From Candidatus Latescibacterota bacterium (lineage in GTDB: Bacteria > Latescibacterota > UBA2968), in assembly GCA_965205975.1 (NCBI GenBank), contig OZ242195.1, forward strand, positions 4,992,001-5,056,000: 64,000 bases of DNA. Direction: 5' to 3'. Below are positions 9,445 to 19,014 of the stretch, piece by piece; position 1 is the first letter of the stretch, and every line of letters begins with the position of its first letter. The position numbers and the translations under genes were made by a program. The notes beneath the pieces are model-generated. The model saw nothing but the letters and a program-made list of their open reading frames with translations. It was not told the origin of the DNA and did no database searches.

Positions 9445-10038
9445 ATGAATTCATCTGTGATTCAGTATGTAGAAGGACGCGCGCTTCCCGTTCGGGGAAA
9501 TGACATCGATACCGATCGCATTATTCCCGCGCGGTATCTTCGCGCTATTACGTTTGACGGCCTGGGTGAGCACGCATTTGAAGACGATCGCAAATCAAAT
9601 CCCGATCACCCATTTGATGATCCGCGCTATCAGGGCGCGTCCATACTCATCGCCAATGATAATTTTGGGTGTGGGTCTTCGAGAGAACACGCGCCCCAGG
9701 CTTTGATGCGCTGGGGGATTAGTGCTATTGTGGGTGAATCTTTTGCCGAAATTTTTCTGGGCAATTGTACGGCTATGGGCGTGCCTTGCCTGACGGCTTC
9801 AACCGCGGATATTGTCAAAATTCAAGACGCGATAGAAGCAGATCCGCAACGAGAAATGGCGGTTGATCTCAAAGAGAAAAAATTGACATTTGGCGATATA
9901 GAAGTCAATCTCCAGATTGCAGAAGGCAATCGGCTCCAACTCATTGAGGGGGCGTGGGATGCAACGGGTATGCTTCTCGAAGGCCGCGGTGCGGTGCGGG
10001 AGGTTGCCAATAAACTTCCCTATGTTACGGGCTTTTAA
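9445..10038 (+). CDS. leuD: 3-isopropylmalate dehydratase small subunit
   Basis: DIDTDRIIPARYL, NFGCGSSREHAP, SFAEIF. Confidence 0.96.
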   Translation: MNSSVIQYVEGRALPVRGNDIDTDRIIPARYLRAITFDGLGEHAFEDDRKSNPDHPFDDPRYQGASILIANDNFGCGSSREHAPQALMRWGISAIVGESFAEIFLGNCTAMGVPCLTASTADIVKIQDAIEADPQREMAVDLKEKKLTFGDIEVNLQIAEGNRLQLIEGAWDATGMLLEGRGAVREVANKLPYVTGF

Positions 10039-10048
10039 CCTTTTTTAC

Positions 10049-10071
10049 GCCCGCATCTCGCGGGCTTTTTT
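10049..10071 (+). terminator. Rho-independent terminator after leuD
   Basis: gcccgc-atctc-gcgggc followed by T6. Confidence 0.7.
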
Positions 10072-10207
10072 GCGAGCTATTATGCATTTCTACATGCGAA
10101 CAGGCAGGAGATATTATCCGGGCACTCGTTGCCCGGAGGCCATTGGTTTGGGCATTGGATCGTTTTGCATGGCCCAACTTTTTTAATCCCAAACCAGAGG
10201 AAATCAC

Positions 10208-11788
10208 ATGTCTAAACTTGTACAAATTTACGATTCGACCCTTCGAGATGGCGCGCAGGCTGAGGGTATTTCATTTTCCGCTGAAGACAAAACCATGATT
10301 GCACAACATCTCGATGCGATGGGCATTCACTATGTTGAAGGCGGTTGGCCCAATCCGACGAATCCCAAGGATCTCGAATTTTTTGATCGCGTGCGCGATC
10401 TCGAATTTCACAACACCAAAATTGTCGCTTTTGGCAGTACATGCAGGGTTGACAATCCGCCCGAAGACGATCCCACTCTCACCACTTTGCTCAGGGCAGG
10501 TACAGAGGTTATCACGCTCTTTGGGAAAAGCTGGACGCTTCACGTAACCGATGTGTTGCGGGCAACACTGGACGAGAATCTGCGAATTATCAGGGATTCT
10601 TGCGCTTGGCTCAAGGAAAACGGGCGAGAAGTTATTTACGATGCCGAACACTTTTTTGACGGTTACAAAGCCGATCCCGAATACGCGCTGGAAACTTTGT
10701 TGGCCGCTCAAGAAGGCGGGGCAGAGGTGCTCGTTTTGTGCGACACCAATGGCGGTACGATGCCATATCAGATACAGGAGATTATCAGCGGTATTCAACC
10801 CAGGCTCGATGTTCCTCTGGGTATTCACACGCACAATGATGCGGGAATGGCTGTGGCCAATAGCATTGTAGCACTCGAAATGGGTGCTACACATGTGCAG
10901 GGTACTATCAATGGTTATGGGGAACGCTGTGGCAATGCCAACCTGTGTTCGGTGATTCCAAATATTGAATTTAAGTTGGGGAAGACGGCTATTGGTGGGG
11001 CAAATCTCACAAAGCTCATGGAATTATCGCGCTTTGTGAGCGAAATAGCCAATGTATATCACGACCACCGCCAACCTTATGTGGGCGAGAGTGCTTTTGC
11101 ACACAAAGCAGGTGTTCACGTAGATGCCATGCTCAAACAACCCGTCGCGTATGAACACTGCGATGCGGAATCTGTAGGCAATCAGCGCCGTTTTCTTCTT
11201 TCAGAACAATCGGGCGGCGGGGCTGTTGCAGCAAAATTGCACCATCTGATTCCGGGCCTGGACAAGCGTCATCCAACGGTCCAAAAATTGCTGCAAAAAA
11301 TTAAGCAATTCGAACACGAGGGCTATGTTTTTGAAGCCGCTGAAGCGTCGTTTGAAATTATCGCTCGCCAGATATTGGGTAGTATTCGCAAACCGTTTAA
11401 GCTCATCAATTTCAGGACGATCAATCGCAAAAGTGATGCAGGCTCTGAAGTAGAAGCCATTGTAAAAATAGAAATTGAAGGACAGATTTACCATACGGTT
11501 GGCGAAGGCAATGGCCCGGTCAATGCCCTTGACTCGGCTTTGCGCCAAGCACTTGAAGGCGTGTATCCCACCCTCAAAGATGTGCGCCTTGAAGACTACA
11601 AAGTGCGCGTGTTATCCAGTGCCGAAGGCACAGCAGCTAAAATAAGGGTGCTGATCGAGTCCTCTGACCGCCGGCGCGTGTGGAGTACTGTGGGTGTATC
11701 CGAAAATATCATCGAAGCCAGTTGGATCGCACTGCGAGATAGTTTGATCTATAAGTTGCTACTCGACGGCATCATCGTCGTTGACTGA
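10208..11788 (+). CDS. cimA: citramalate synthase (CimA, LeuA-family)
   Basis: YDSTLRDGAQAEG, EGGWP-NPKD, FGKSW-LHV, YDAEHFFDG, AFAHKAGVH, DYKVRVL, WSTVGVSENIIEASW. Confidence 0.9.
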   Translation: MSKLVQIYDSTLRDGAQAEGISFSAEDKTMIAQHLDAMGIHYVEGGWPNPTNPKDLEFFDRVRDLEFHNTKIVAFGSTCRVDNPPEDDPTLTTLLRAGTEVITLFGKSWTLHVTDVLRATLDENLRIIRDSCAWLKENGREVIYDAEHFFDGYKADPEYALETLLAAQEGGAEVLVLCDTNGGTMPYQIQEIISGIQPRLDVPLGIHTHNDAGMAVANSIVALEMGATHVQGTINGYGERCGNANLCSVIPNIEFKLGKTAIGGANLTKLMELSRFVSEIANVYHDHRQPYVGESAFAHKAGVHVDAMLKQPVAYEHCDAESVGNQRRFLLSEQSGGGAVAAKLHHLIPGLDKRHPTVQKLLQKIKQFEHEGYVFEAAEASFEIIARQILGSIRKPFKLINFRTINRKSDAGSEVEAIVKIEIEGQIYHTVGEGNGPVNALDSALRQALEGVYPTLKDVRLEDYKVRVLSSAEGTAAKIRVLIESSDRRRVWSTVGVSENIIEASWIALRDSLIYKLLLDGIIVVD

Positions 11789-11808
11789 CCCTTTTCAAAG
11801 AGTATCGT

Positions 11809-12981
11809 ATGCAAATCAATTCTCGCCGCATTGAACGCTTGCCGCCTTATGTTTTTCACGAGGTCAATGCCCGCAAGATGTACCTGCGGCGCAAGGGTGT
11901 TGATATTATTGATCTGGGCATGGGCAATCCCGACCAGCCGACGCCGCCACATATTATTGACAAACTCACTGAGGTTGTCCGCGATCCCAAAACGCATGGA
12001 TATTCGCCATCGGCGGGCCTTCCGGCTTTGAGGCGGGCGATTTGTCGCCATTATAAACGCCGTTTTGGTGTTGATCTCGATCCGGAGACTGAAGCTATTG
12101 TCACGATTGGTTCGAAAGAGGGGTTGGCGCATATTTGTCTCGCGCTTCTCGATCCGGGCGATCTCGCCATTGTGCCAAATCCGGCGTATCCCTTGCATCT
12201 TTATGGCGTTGCGATTGCCAATGGCAATGTCTTCAGCATGCCTTTGCGACCGGAAAAAGAGTTTGTGCCAGATCTGCAAATGATCCCGCGGGAACTGTGG
12301 CCCAAACCCAAAGTGATGATTTTTAATTTTCCTCATAATCCTACGACAGCTACTGTCGATATTTCTTTTTTTGAGGAGATTGTGGCTTTTGCCCGCCGTC
12401 AAAATATCATTGTTATTCACGATATGGCCTATTCGGATATTGCGTTTGACGATACCTGTGTACCCAGTCTTTTGCAGGTTAAGGGTGCGAAAGAAGTCGG
12501 GGTTGAATTTTACACGATGTCCAAGTCTTACAATATGGCCGGTTGGCGCGTCGGGTTTTGTCTCGGAAATCCGGAGGTGATTAAAGCACTTTCCGTGATT
12601 AAAAATTACTACGATTACGGCGTTTTTACCCCCATACAGGTCGCAGCAATTTCCGCGCTTGATGGTCCGCAAGATTGCGTACAGCAATCGGCCGCTATGT
12701 ACCAGAGCCGCAGGGATACGCTGGTAGAAGGTCTCAATCGCATCGGTTGGCCCGTCAATAAGCCCAAGGCGTCGATGTTTGTTTGGGCGCCTATTCCAGA
12801 AAAGTATCGGTATCTCGGTTCTATGAATTTTGCGCTCAAGCTCATGGAGGAGGCCGAACTCGCGGTTTCTCCCGGTATTGGTTTTGGCGATATGGGCGAG
12901 GGATATGTACGCATTTCACTGGTCGAAAATGAACACCGAATCAGACAGGCTGTTCGCAATGTCAAACGCGCGCTTTTTTGA
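11809..12981 (+). CDS. alaC: class I/II PLP aminotransferase (AlaC/YfdZ-like)
   Basis: RIERLPPYVF, DLGMGNPD, TIGSKEGLAH, SKSYNMAGWRVGF, ENEHRIRQA. Confidence 0.7.
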   Translation: MQINSRRIERLPPYVFHEVNARKMYLRRKGVDIIDLGMGNPDQPTPPHIIDKLTEVVRDPKTHGYSPSAGLPALRRAICRHYKRRFGVDLDPETEAIVTIGSKEGLAHICLALLDPGDLAIVPNPAYPLHLYGVAIANGNVFSMPLRPEKEFVPDLQMIPRELWPKPKVMIFNFPHNPTTATVDISFFEEIVAFARRQNIIVIHDMAYSDIAFDDTCVPSLLQVKGAKEVGVEFYTMSKSYNMAGWRVGFCLGNPEVIKALSVIKNYYDYGVFTPIQVAAISALDGPQDCVQQSAAMYQSRRDTLVEGLNRIGWPVNKPKASMFVWAPIPEKYRYLGSMNFALKLMEEAELAVSPGIGFGDMGEGYVRISLVENEHRIRQAVRNVKRALF

Positions 12982-13055
12982 ACGTGGATTATGCGACGTT
13001 TGAGGCGAAAGTCAAAAAGCAACCACAGACTTGTCCCAGTACAAGGTAATAGATC

Positions 13056-14354
13056 ATGATTACACAAATCGAGATCGGTGGTTATCGGCTTCTCGACGAG
13101 TTTGAGGCCGATCTCACACAGCTAACAGTAGTTATAGGGGCGAATGCCGTTGGCAAGAGCACGCTAATTAGTTGCTTAGAACTGATTGCTCGGTGTAATA
13201 CGGTGCCAGTAAATGCCGCAATGGGTTGGCAAGGGGGGACAGCCTCTCTTCTTACAGTAGGGAACGAAAATCGACGGTTGACATGGAAGATCACTTTTCA
13301 TAAGTCCGCGGCGATTCCGTGGAATACTGTTCCATTGGAAAAGGGACAGTCCCTGGTGTACGAGGTCGTTCTCCAGGCCGATGCACAGAGCCAGATGTAC
13401 CCGCAATACGAGGTTCTCAGATATCGAGAACCAATGCAAGGATATGGCGACTCCTCCACATTACTGGAAGCAACTCCGGATCAACGACGCATATTTGACA
13501 GAAAACAACGTCAATTGGTACCGTTTGATGAAGCACAATCTTCCCCTGATGTTGTCCGCGAGTCCGATTCGGCGGAAACCACCTTAAAAAGCGGTCTGCA
13601 ACAACCCGCGCAACAGGATCCCGCGTTGTTGCTGTCACAAATTCGCTTCTTCAACGAGTTTCCCATCCCCTCCTGGGTACGCGTTCTATTGGCAAATATG
13701 GCGTTCTATCCTGGTTTCGATGTGACGCGGTCTTCCGCGCTCCGCACCAGGGCCGCCGATATCAGACCGGTTACAGCATTATCGACTAACGGCGACAATT
13801 TGGGTACCGTGCTGCACGAAATCCTGACCCGATATGATTACCGTTCAGCAGCAGAAGAGTTACGCGACTTTCTGCGCGTAGCCTATCCCGCATTTGAGGA
13901 AATTCATTGCGATACCACGTATGGAACGCCGCCACAAGTGCTCGTCAGGGTGCGAGAGAAGGGCATGTCCCGCTCTATGGAGTTGTGGGAGTTGTCGGAT
14001 GGTATGCTGCGATTCCTTTGCCTTGCGACTGCTCTGTTGGATCCGCACCCTCCACTCTTGGTGGCGATTGACGAACCGGAATTGGGTTTGCATCCCGGCC
14101 TGTTGCCGATTGTAGCAGAGATGATCAAGTTAGCGGCAGAGCGCACCCAGGTGCTGGTGACGACGCATAGTCCGGACTTGCTCAACTGTTTTGAGATAGG
14201 CGATATAGCCGTGATGGCGCGGGATATATATGACGCAAAGGTTGTGTGGCATCGTCCCGCGAGTCGCAATACGCTTTTGCCAATGCTCGACAACATTACC
14301 GGCGAAACCTTGGGCGACCTCCACCGCTCAGGCGAACTGGAGGCTGGCGCATGA
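13056..14354 (+). CDS. ABC-class ATPase (AAA_21/AAA_15-like)
   Basis: Walker A GANAVGKS, signature-like LSDG, Walker B IDEPELGLHP, H-loop TTHS; no TM segments. Confidence 0.88.
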   Translation: MITQIEIGGYRLLDEFEADLTQLTVVIGANAVGKSTLISCLELIARCNTVPVNAAMGWQGGTASLLTVGNENRRLTWKITFHKSAAIPWNTVPLEKGQSLVYEVVLQADAQSQMYPQYEVLRYREPMQGYGDSSTLLEATPDQRRIFDRKQRQLVPFDEAQSSPDVVRESDSAETTLKSGLQQPAQQDPALLLSQIRFFNEFPIPSWVRVLLANMAFYPGFDVTRSSALRTRAADIRPVTALSTNGDNLGTVLHEILTRYDYRSAAEELRDFLRVAYPAFEEIHCDTTYGTPPQVLVRVREKGMSRSMELWELSDGMLRFLCLATALLDPHPPLLVAIDEPELGLHPGLLPIVAEMIKLAAERTQVLVTTHSPDLLNCFEIGDIAVMARDIYDAKVVWHRPASRNTLLPMLDNITGETLGDLHRSGELEAGA

Positions 14355-15016
14355 AGGTGTGGGTTTTTGTGGAAGGAAATTCGGATGTTCAGGCATTATC
14401 GGCATTATGGAGCGGCTGGAAGCAGCAACTTAGGGAGAAAGGCTGGGGTATTCAGCTAATATCCCTTGGAAACAAGTCCAACTATTTCAGAAATATTGGC
14501 CCCCGAGTGATCAGGAAGTTGTTGCATGATACAAGCGATCTGACCGTGGGATTACCGGATCTCTACCCGAATCAAAACTATGCGAATACGGAGTACAAGC
14601 ACGATAATTTGAAAGAACTTCAAGATGTGCAAACGCGTTTGGTGAACCAGAGCTTGCAACAAAAGGTCAGAGAGGCTGATGTGGACAGCCACATGGTGCG
14701 TTTTTATGCCAGTGCGTTGAAACACGACTTGGAAGTGTTGCTCCTTGCCGCAACGGGTCAACTTCAATCCCGACTCAAGATGCGGAATAAGCCCAGCGGT
14801 TGGCGACGTCCTCCGGAAGATCAGAACCAAAACAGGCCCCCAAAGAAAGTTGTTGAGGAACTCTTTCGGAGACATCTTAAGCGGGCCTATCTTGAAAATT
14901 CGGATAGCAATGCCATTCTCAGAAACGCAGACTTGCGAGAGGTGGCGGAACAGTGCCCGGCATTCCGCGATATGATTGATTGGATTGGCGATAAGACTAA
15001 AGTACCTGGGTACTGA
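14351..15016 (+). CDS. DUF4276-like, TOPRIM-related protein
   Basis: ATGA overlap with the ATPase; N-terminal VFVEGNSD, LPDLYP, HDLEVLLLA, CPAF. Confidence 0.7.
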   Translation: MKVWVFVEGNSDVQALSALWSGWKQQLREKGWGIQLISLGNKSNYFRNIGPRVIRKLLHDTSDLTVGLPDLYPNQNYANTEYKHDNLKELQDVQTRLVNQSLQQKVREADVDSHMVRFYASALKHDLEVLLLAATGQLQSRLKMRNKPSGWRRPPEDQNQNRPPKKVVEELFRRHLKRAYLENSDSNAILRNADLREVAEQCPAFRDMIDWIGDKTKVPGY

Positions 15017-15054
15017 GAGATAGACATTCCGAATTACTAAAATTGAGGTGTTTT

Positions 15055-16251
15055 GTGGACATTAGAGAAAATACCATCTATCCTCCAAAAGGTTATAAGG
15101 CCGCGGGACTTCATTGCGGTCTCAAAGAGGGGGATGACAAAGATCTCGCGCTCATTGTTTCTGATCGAGCGGCTTCGGCAGCAGGGATGTTTACGACAAA
15201 TCGCGTGTGTGCAGCACCTGTGCATCTCAATAGGGAACATTTGCAAAATGGACGGGCGCGAGCCGTTGTGGTCAATAGCAAAAATGCCAATGCGTGTACC
15301 GGAGATCAGGGCATGGCCGATGCGCGCCAGATGGCGCAATGGGCGGGTAGTGGATTGGGTATTATACCAGAAGATATGCTGGTCAATTCGACGGGGGTCA
15401 TTGGTGTGCCTTTGCCGATGGAGTGCCTTGAAACGGGTATCCGAAATATCGTTCCGCAACTCGATGTTGGGGGATGGGACGATGCTGCAGAGGCGATTAT
15501 GACTACGGATACCGTGCCGAAGAAAGCATCTGTGCGATGTGAAATAGATGGTAGCGAGATTACCATTGCAGGGATCGCTAAGGGCGCGGGTATGATTGCG
15601 CCAAATATGGCGACTATGCTCGCTTTTGTGCTCACAGATGCAGATATTTCCCCTGAGGTGCTCCAAAACGCGCTTTGTGAAGCTGTTACACGATCTTTTA
15701 ATTGCATTACTGTCGATGGCGATATGAGTACCAATGATACGGTTCTGGCTCTGGCAAATGGCGCGGCGAGGAAGAGCGAACTTACCGGCGAAAACCTCCA
15801 GGTCTTCCAGGCTGCGCTCAATGCAGTTTGTATTAGTCTGGCCAAACAAATTGCACGCGATGGCGAGGGCGCGACCAAACTTATCACGGTTCGCGTTGAT
15901 GGCGCAGCTACCGAGGCTGATGCACGCACTGTGGGGCTGTCTGTTGCCAACTCAAATCTCGTTAAGACCGCTGTTTTTGGACGCGATCCCAACTGGGGGC
16001 GAATTTTGTGCGCAGCGGGTTATGCTGGCGTGGCGGTGGATCCCGACCACACAGCCGTTTCAATGGCCGGTATCCCTATTTACGCTAATGGCGGCGGTCT
16101 GCCTTTTGACCAAGATTGCGCCATTGCAGCTCTGGGAGCTTCCGATATAGATATTGATATCAATCTGAACATCGGCGAGGCATCGGCTACTATTTATACG
16201 TGTGATTTGACTTATGACTACGTTCGCATAAATGCCGAATACACAACATAA
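15055..16251 (+). CDS. argJ: bifunctional ornithine acetyltransferase/N-acetylglutamate synthase
   Basis: NANACTG, AIMTTDT, KGAGMIAPNMATML, VDGDMSTND, DGEGATK, DPNWGR, YVRINAEYTT; GTG start after GAGGTG. Confidence 0.96.
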   Translation: MDIRENTIYPPKGYKAAGLHCGLKEGDDKDLALIVSDRAASAAGMFTTNRVCAAPVHLNREHLQNGRARAVVVNSKNANACTGDQGMADARQMAQWAGSGLGIIPEDMLVNSTGVIGVPLPMECLETGIRNIVPQLDVGGWDDAAEAIMTTDTVPKKASVRCEIDGSEITIAGIAKGAGMIAPNMATMLAFVLTDADISPEVLQNALCEAVTRSFNCITVDGDMSTNDTVLALANGAARKSELTGENLQVFQAALNAVCISLAKQIARDGEGATKLITVRVDGAATEADARTVGLSVANSNLVKTAVFGRDPNWGRILCAAGYAGVAVDPDHTAVSMAGIPIYANGGGLPFDQDCAIAALGASDIDIDINLNIGEASATIYTCDLTYDYVRINAEYTT

Positions 16252-16258
16252 TATTCAC

Positions 16259-17464
16259 ATGCCCAAATCTCCTTTTACACAGCGCGTTCTCAATATCCAG
16301 GCTTCTGCGACGGTATCGGCTTTTGCCAGGGCAGGAGAACTGAAACGACAGGGCGTTGATCTCATTTCTCTCGTTGCAGGGGAACCCGATTTTGAGACGC
16401 CTGAACATATAAGAGATGCTGCGATTCGGGCTATTAATGCGGGCCATACGCGATATACCAATCCCGCGTCGGGCATTCCCGAACTCAAACTCGCGATATG
16501 TGACAAATTTGAGCGCGACAATGATTTGTATTATGACCCCTCACAAATTATTGTGACGTGTGGGGCAAAACAAACCATCTTTGACGCTATTATTGTTTTA
16601 ATAGAGGAGGGGGACGAAGCCATTATTCCCGCTCCTTATTGGACGAGCTATGCCGATCAGGTGCGCTTAATGGGTGGCAATCCGATCATTGTGCCGACTA
16701 CACCAGACTCGGATTTTTGCATGACGACGCGCCAACTCCAGGATGCTATTACCCCACGAACAAAACTTGTGCTCTTAAATAGTCCCTGCAATCCGACGGG
16801 AACTGTTTATACCCGCGAGAACCTGAATGCTCTGGCCGATGTGATTGCGGGTGCTAATGTCTATGTGATTGCCGATGAAATCTACGAAAAACTTCTCTAT
16901 GGAGATGCCGAGCATGTGTCTATCGCGGCTTTGTTGCCCGAGTTAGCAGATAGAACACTGACTGTTAATGGGGTATCAAAATCCTATGCAATGACCGGAT
17001 GGCGCGTGGGGTATGGCGCGGGCCCCCAGAATTTGATCGATTTGATGATCAAAGTTCAGACCCAGGAAACTACTAATACGTGTTCGATTTCCCAATACGC
17101 CGCACTCGAAGCACTTACAGGACCTCAAGGCTGCGTCGAAGTGATGCGGCGTGCTTATGTTAAACGACGCAATCAAATCGTTTCTCGTCTCAATCGGATG
17201 CCGGGCGTGTCTTGCAATATGCCCCGGGGCGCGTTTTATGTTTTTCCCGATATCTCTGAATATATTGGCAAGCCGTCATCTTGCGGGCGTATTGACAGCG
17301 ATGTTGCGCTTTGCAATTTTTTGCTCGAAGAAGCGCGTGTCGCCTGCGTTCCCGGTACGGGTTTTGGAGCACCGGGATATTTGCGATTTTCCTATGCCGC
17401 GTCACCCGAGCAAATCACCCGGGGCATGGATCGCATTGAAGCGGCGTTGACTGCACTTTTATGA
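16259..17464 (+). CDS. aspC: aspartate aminotransferase (class I PLP)
   Basis: AGEPDFETP, NSPCNPTG, DEIYEKL, NGVSKSYAMTGWRVGY. Confidence 0.82.
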   Translation: MPKSPFTQRVLNIQASATVSAFARAGELKRQGVDLISLVAGEPDFETPEHIRDAAIRAINAGHTRYTNPASGIPELKLAICDKFERDNDLYYDPSQIIVTCGAKQTIFDAIIVLIEEGDEAIIPAPYWTSYADQVRLMGGNPIIVPTTPDSDFCMTTRQLQDAITPRTKLVLLNSPCNPTGTVYTRENLNALADVIAGANVYVIADEIYEKLLYGDAEHVSIAALLPELADRTLTVNGVSKSYAMTGWRVGYGAGPQNLIDLMIKVQTQETTNTCSISQYAALEALTGPQGCVEVMRRAYVKRRNQIVSRLNRMPGVSCNMPRGAFYVFPDISEYIGKPSSCGRIDSDVALCNFLLEEARVACVPGTGFGAPGYLRFSYAASPEQITRGMDRIEAALTALL

Positions 17465-17558
17465 GAATCAGCGAATCAACGAATCAACGAATCAACGAAT
17501 CGAAGCTCGTAGTGATTTTGGGTGGTGGGGCGGAGTTCGTCTATTCGTCTATTCGTCT
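17465..17558 (-). repeat. dispersed ~95-bp intergenic element, copy 3
   Basis: (cgaatcaa)n ... gattttgggtggtggggcggagttc (gtctattc)n; reverse complement aligns with copy 1. Confidence 0.85.
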
Positions 17559-17579
17559 TCTTTGAAAGGACGATCATTC

Positions 17580-18548
17580 ATGAGCGACCGATCTTATCTC
17601 GATTTTGAACAGCCACTGGCCGAGTTGGAGGAGAAAATCGCCGCGCTTCGGGAACGGGCCAAAGCGGAAGGTCTGGATGTGACTGACGCAATTGAAGTTC
17701 TCGAGAAACGCCACGAGAAACTCGAACGCGATATTTTTCGCAATCTTACGCGATGGCAAAAATACCAGCTATCACGCCACCCTCAGCGACCTTATTCGCT
17801 GGACTATATCGACCGTATAACTTCTGATTTTATCGAATTGCACGGCGATCGCTGTAGTGGGAATGATCAGGCGATTGTCGGGGGATTGGCGTATTTTGAA
17901 GGCCAACCCATCGTTGTTATCGGACAACAAAAAGGGCGCAATACAAGCGAGAATCTCAAGCGCAATTTTGGTCTTCCACATCCGGAAGGATATCGCAAAG
18001 CCCTGAGGTTGATGCAGTTGGCTGCCAAATTTGGTCGTCCCGTGCTTTGTATGGTCGATACGCCGGGCGCGTTTCCAGGTCTGGCCTCGGAACAGCGAAG
18101 TATATCAGAAGCCATTGCTCGCAACCTGTTAGAGATGGCGCGGCTACCCGTTCCGATTGTCATTGCAATTATCGGTGAAGGCGCGAGCGGAGGGGCACTG
18201 GGCATTGGTGTAGGCGACCAAATTCTCATGCTCGAAAATGCCTGGTATTCAGTGATCAACCCCGAATCCTGTTCGCTCATTCTCTGGCGCAACCGGGACA
18301 AACGCACGGAAGCTGCAGAAGCTATGAAAATCGCGGCAGAAGATCTTCTGGACCTCGGTGTTATTGACTGCATTGTGCCAGAGCCTTATGGGGGGGCACA
18401 TCGCAACGTTGAGTTGGCAGCACAAAATCTGAAAAAAGCCGTTTCAGATGCACTTGCAGAGATTGTTAAAATACCCGTTGAAAATCTTTCAAAATTACGG
18501 GTTGAAAAATTCAATCGAATGGGGATTTGGGAAGAATCTCATAGATAG
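17580..18548 (+). CDS. accA: acetyl-CoA carboxylase carboxyltransferase alpha subunit
   Basis: YLDFEQPL, RHPQRP, ELHGDR, PEGYRKALRLM, GEGASGGAL, YSVINPE. Confidence 0.96.
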   Translation: MSDRSYLDFEQPLAELEEKIAALRERAKAEGLDVTDAIEVLEKRHEKLERDIFRNLTRWQKYQLSRHPQRPYSLDYIDRITSDFIELHGDRCSGNDQAIVGGLAYFEGQPIVVIGQQKGRNTSENLKRNFGLPHPEGYRKALRLMQLAAKFGRPVLCMVDTPGAFPGLASEQRSISEAIARNLLEMARLPVPIVIAIIGEGASGGALGIGVGDQILMLENAWYSVINPESCSLILWRNRDKRTEAAEAMKIAAEDLLDLGVIDCIVPEPYGGAHRNVELAAQNLKKAVSDALAEIVKIPVENLSKLRVEKFNRMGIWEESHR

Positions 18549-18682
18549 CGAGATATTACATCCGGCCTGAAATTCATGTCGGAAAATCTTGCAAAAACTT
18601 TTTTTATATAGCGATGTTCTTAAGTTTCAAGACCTTATTTCAATCGCGTAAAAAAAACCGACAATAAAGGTCAATTTAGTAG

Positions 18683-18711
18683 TTGACGAGCGGACTTTCA
18701 CTGTATATATT
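18683..18711 (+). promoter_or_regulatory. sigma70 promoter upstream of the ncRNA candidate
   Basis: TTGACG-17 bp-TATATT with no protein-coding gene downstream on this strand. Confidence 0.6.
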
Positions 18712-18781
18712 CTATTTGTGATTCAAATGAGTTTTTTGTTGTATCTTCATATTTTTAATATGGTTATGGATATTTCTATTT

Positions 18782-18978
18782 AGGTGGGTGGAGGTTGCTC
18801 TAATCTTTAAGCCCTGAATTGGTCCAGGAGGAATTTGGGTTGGACTTTAACGGTCAAACTATGGTATTACCGGGGGAGATAATACTATAGTACTGGCCGA
18901 CAATATGAAGAAACCACATCCCTATTTCGGTGCACTCCAATTAGTGGAGGCTGATGGAAAAGATACCTTCATCCACCT
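18782..18978 (+). ncRNA. ssrS: probable 6S RNA (rod-shaped, ~197 nt, central bubble)
   Basis: 14-bp closing stem aggtgggtggaggt/accttcatccacct; inner stems ctgaattgg/ccaattag, cggtca/tggccg, actatggtatta/taatactatagt; promoter upstream and terminator downstream. Confidence 0.6.
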
Positions 18979-18982
18979 GAAC

Positions 18983-19014
18983 AAAAAAGCGGTCCTATCT
19001 GGATCGTTTTTTTT
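18983..19014. terminator. bidirectional Rho-independent terminator
   Basis: A6-gcggtcc-tatct-ggatcgt-T run between the ncRNA and convergent comEC. Confidence 0.75.

Noticed and set aside
14246..14350. ORF-track N-terminal extension of the DUF4276-like protein
   Set aside because: Overlaps the ATPase; ATG 14351 with GGAGG and an ATGA overlap is the better start
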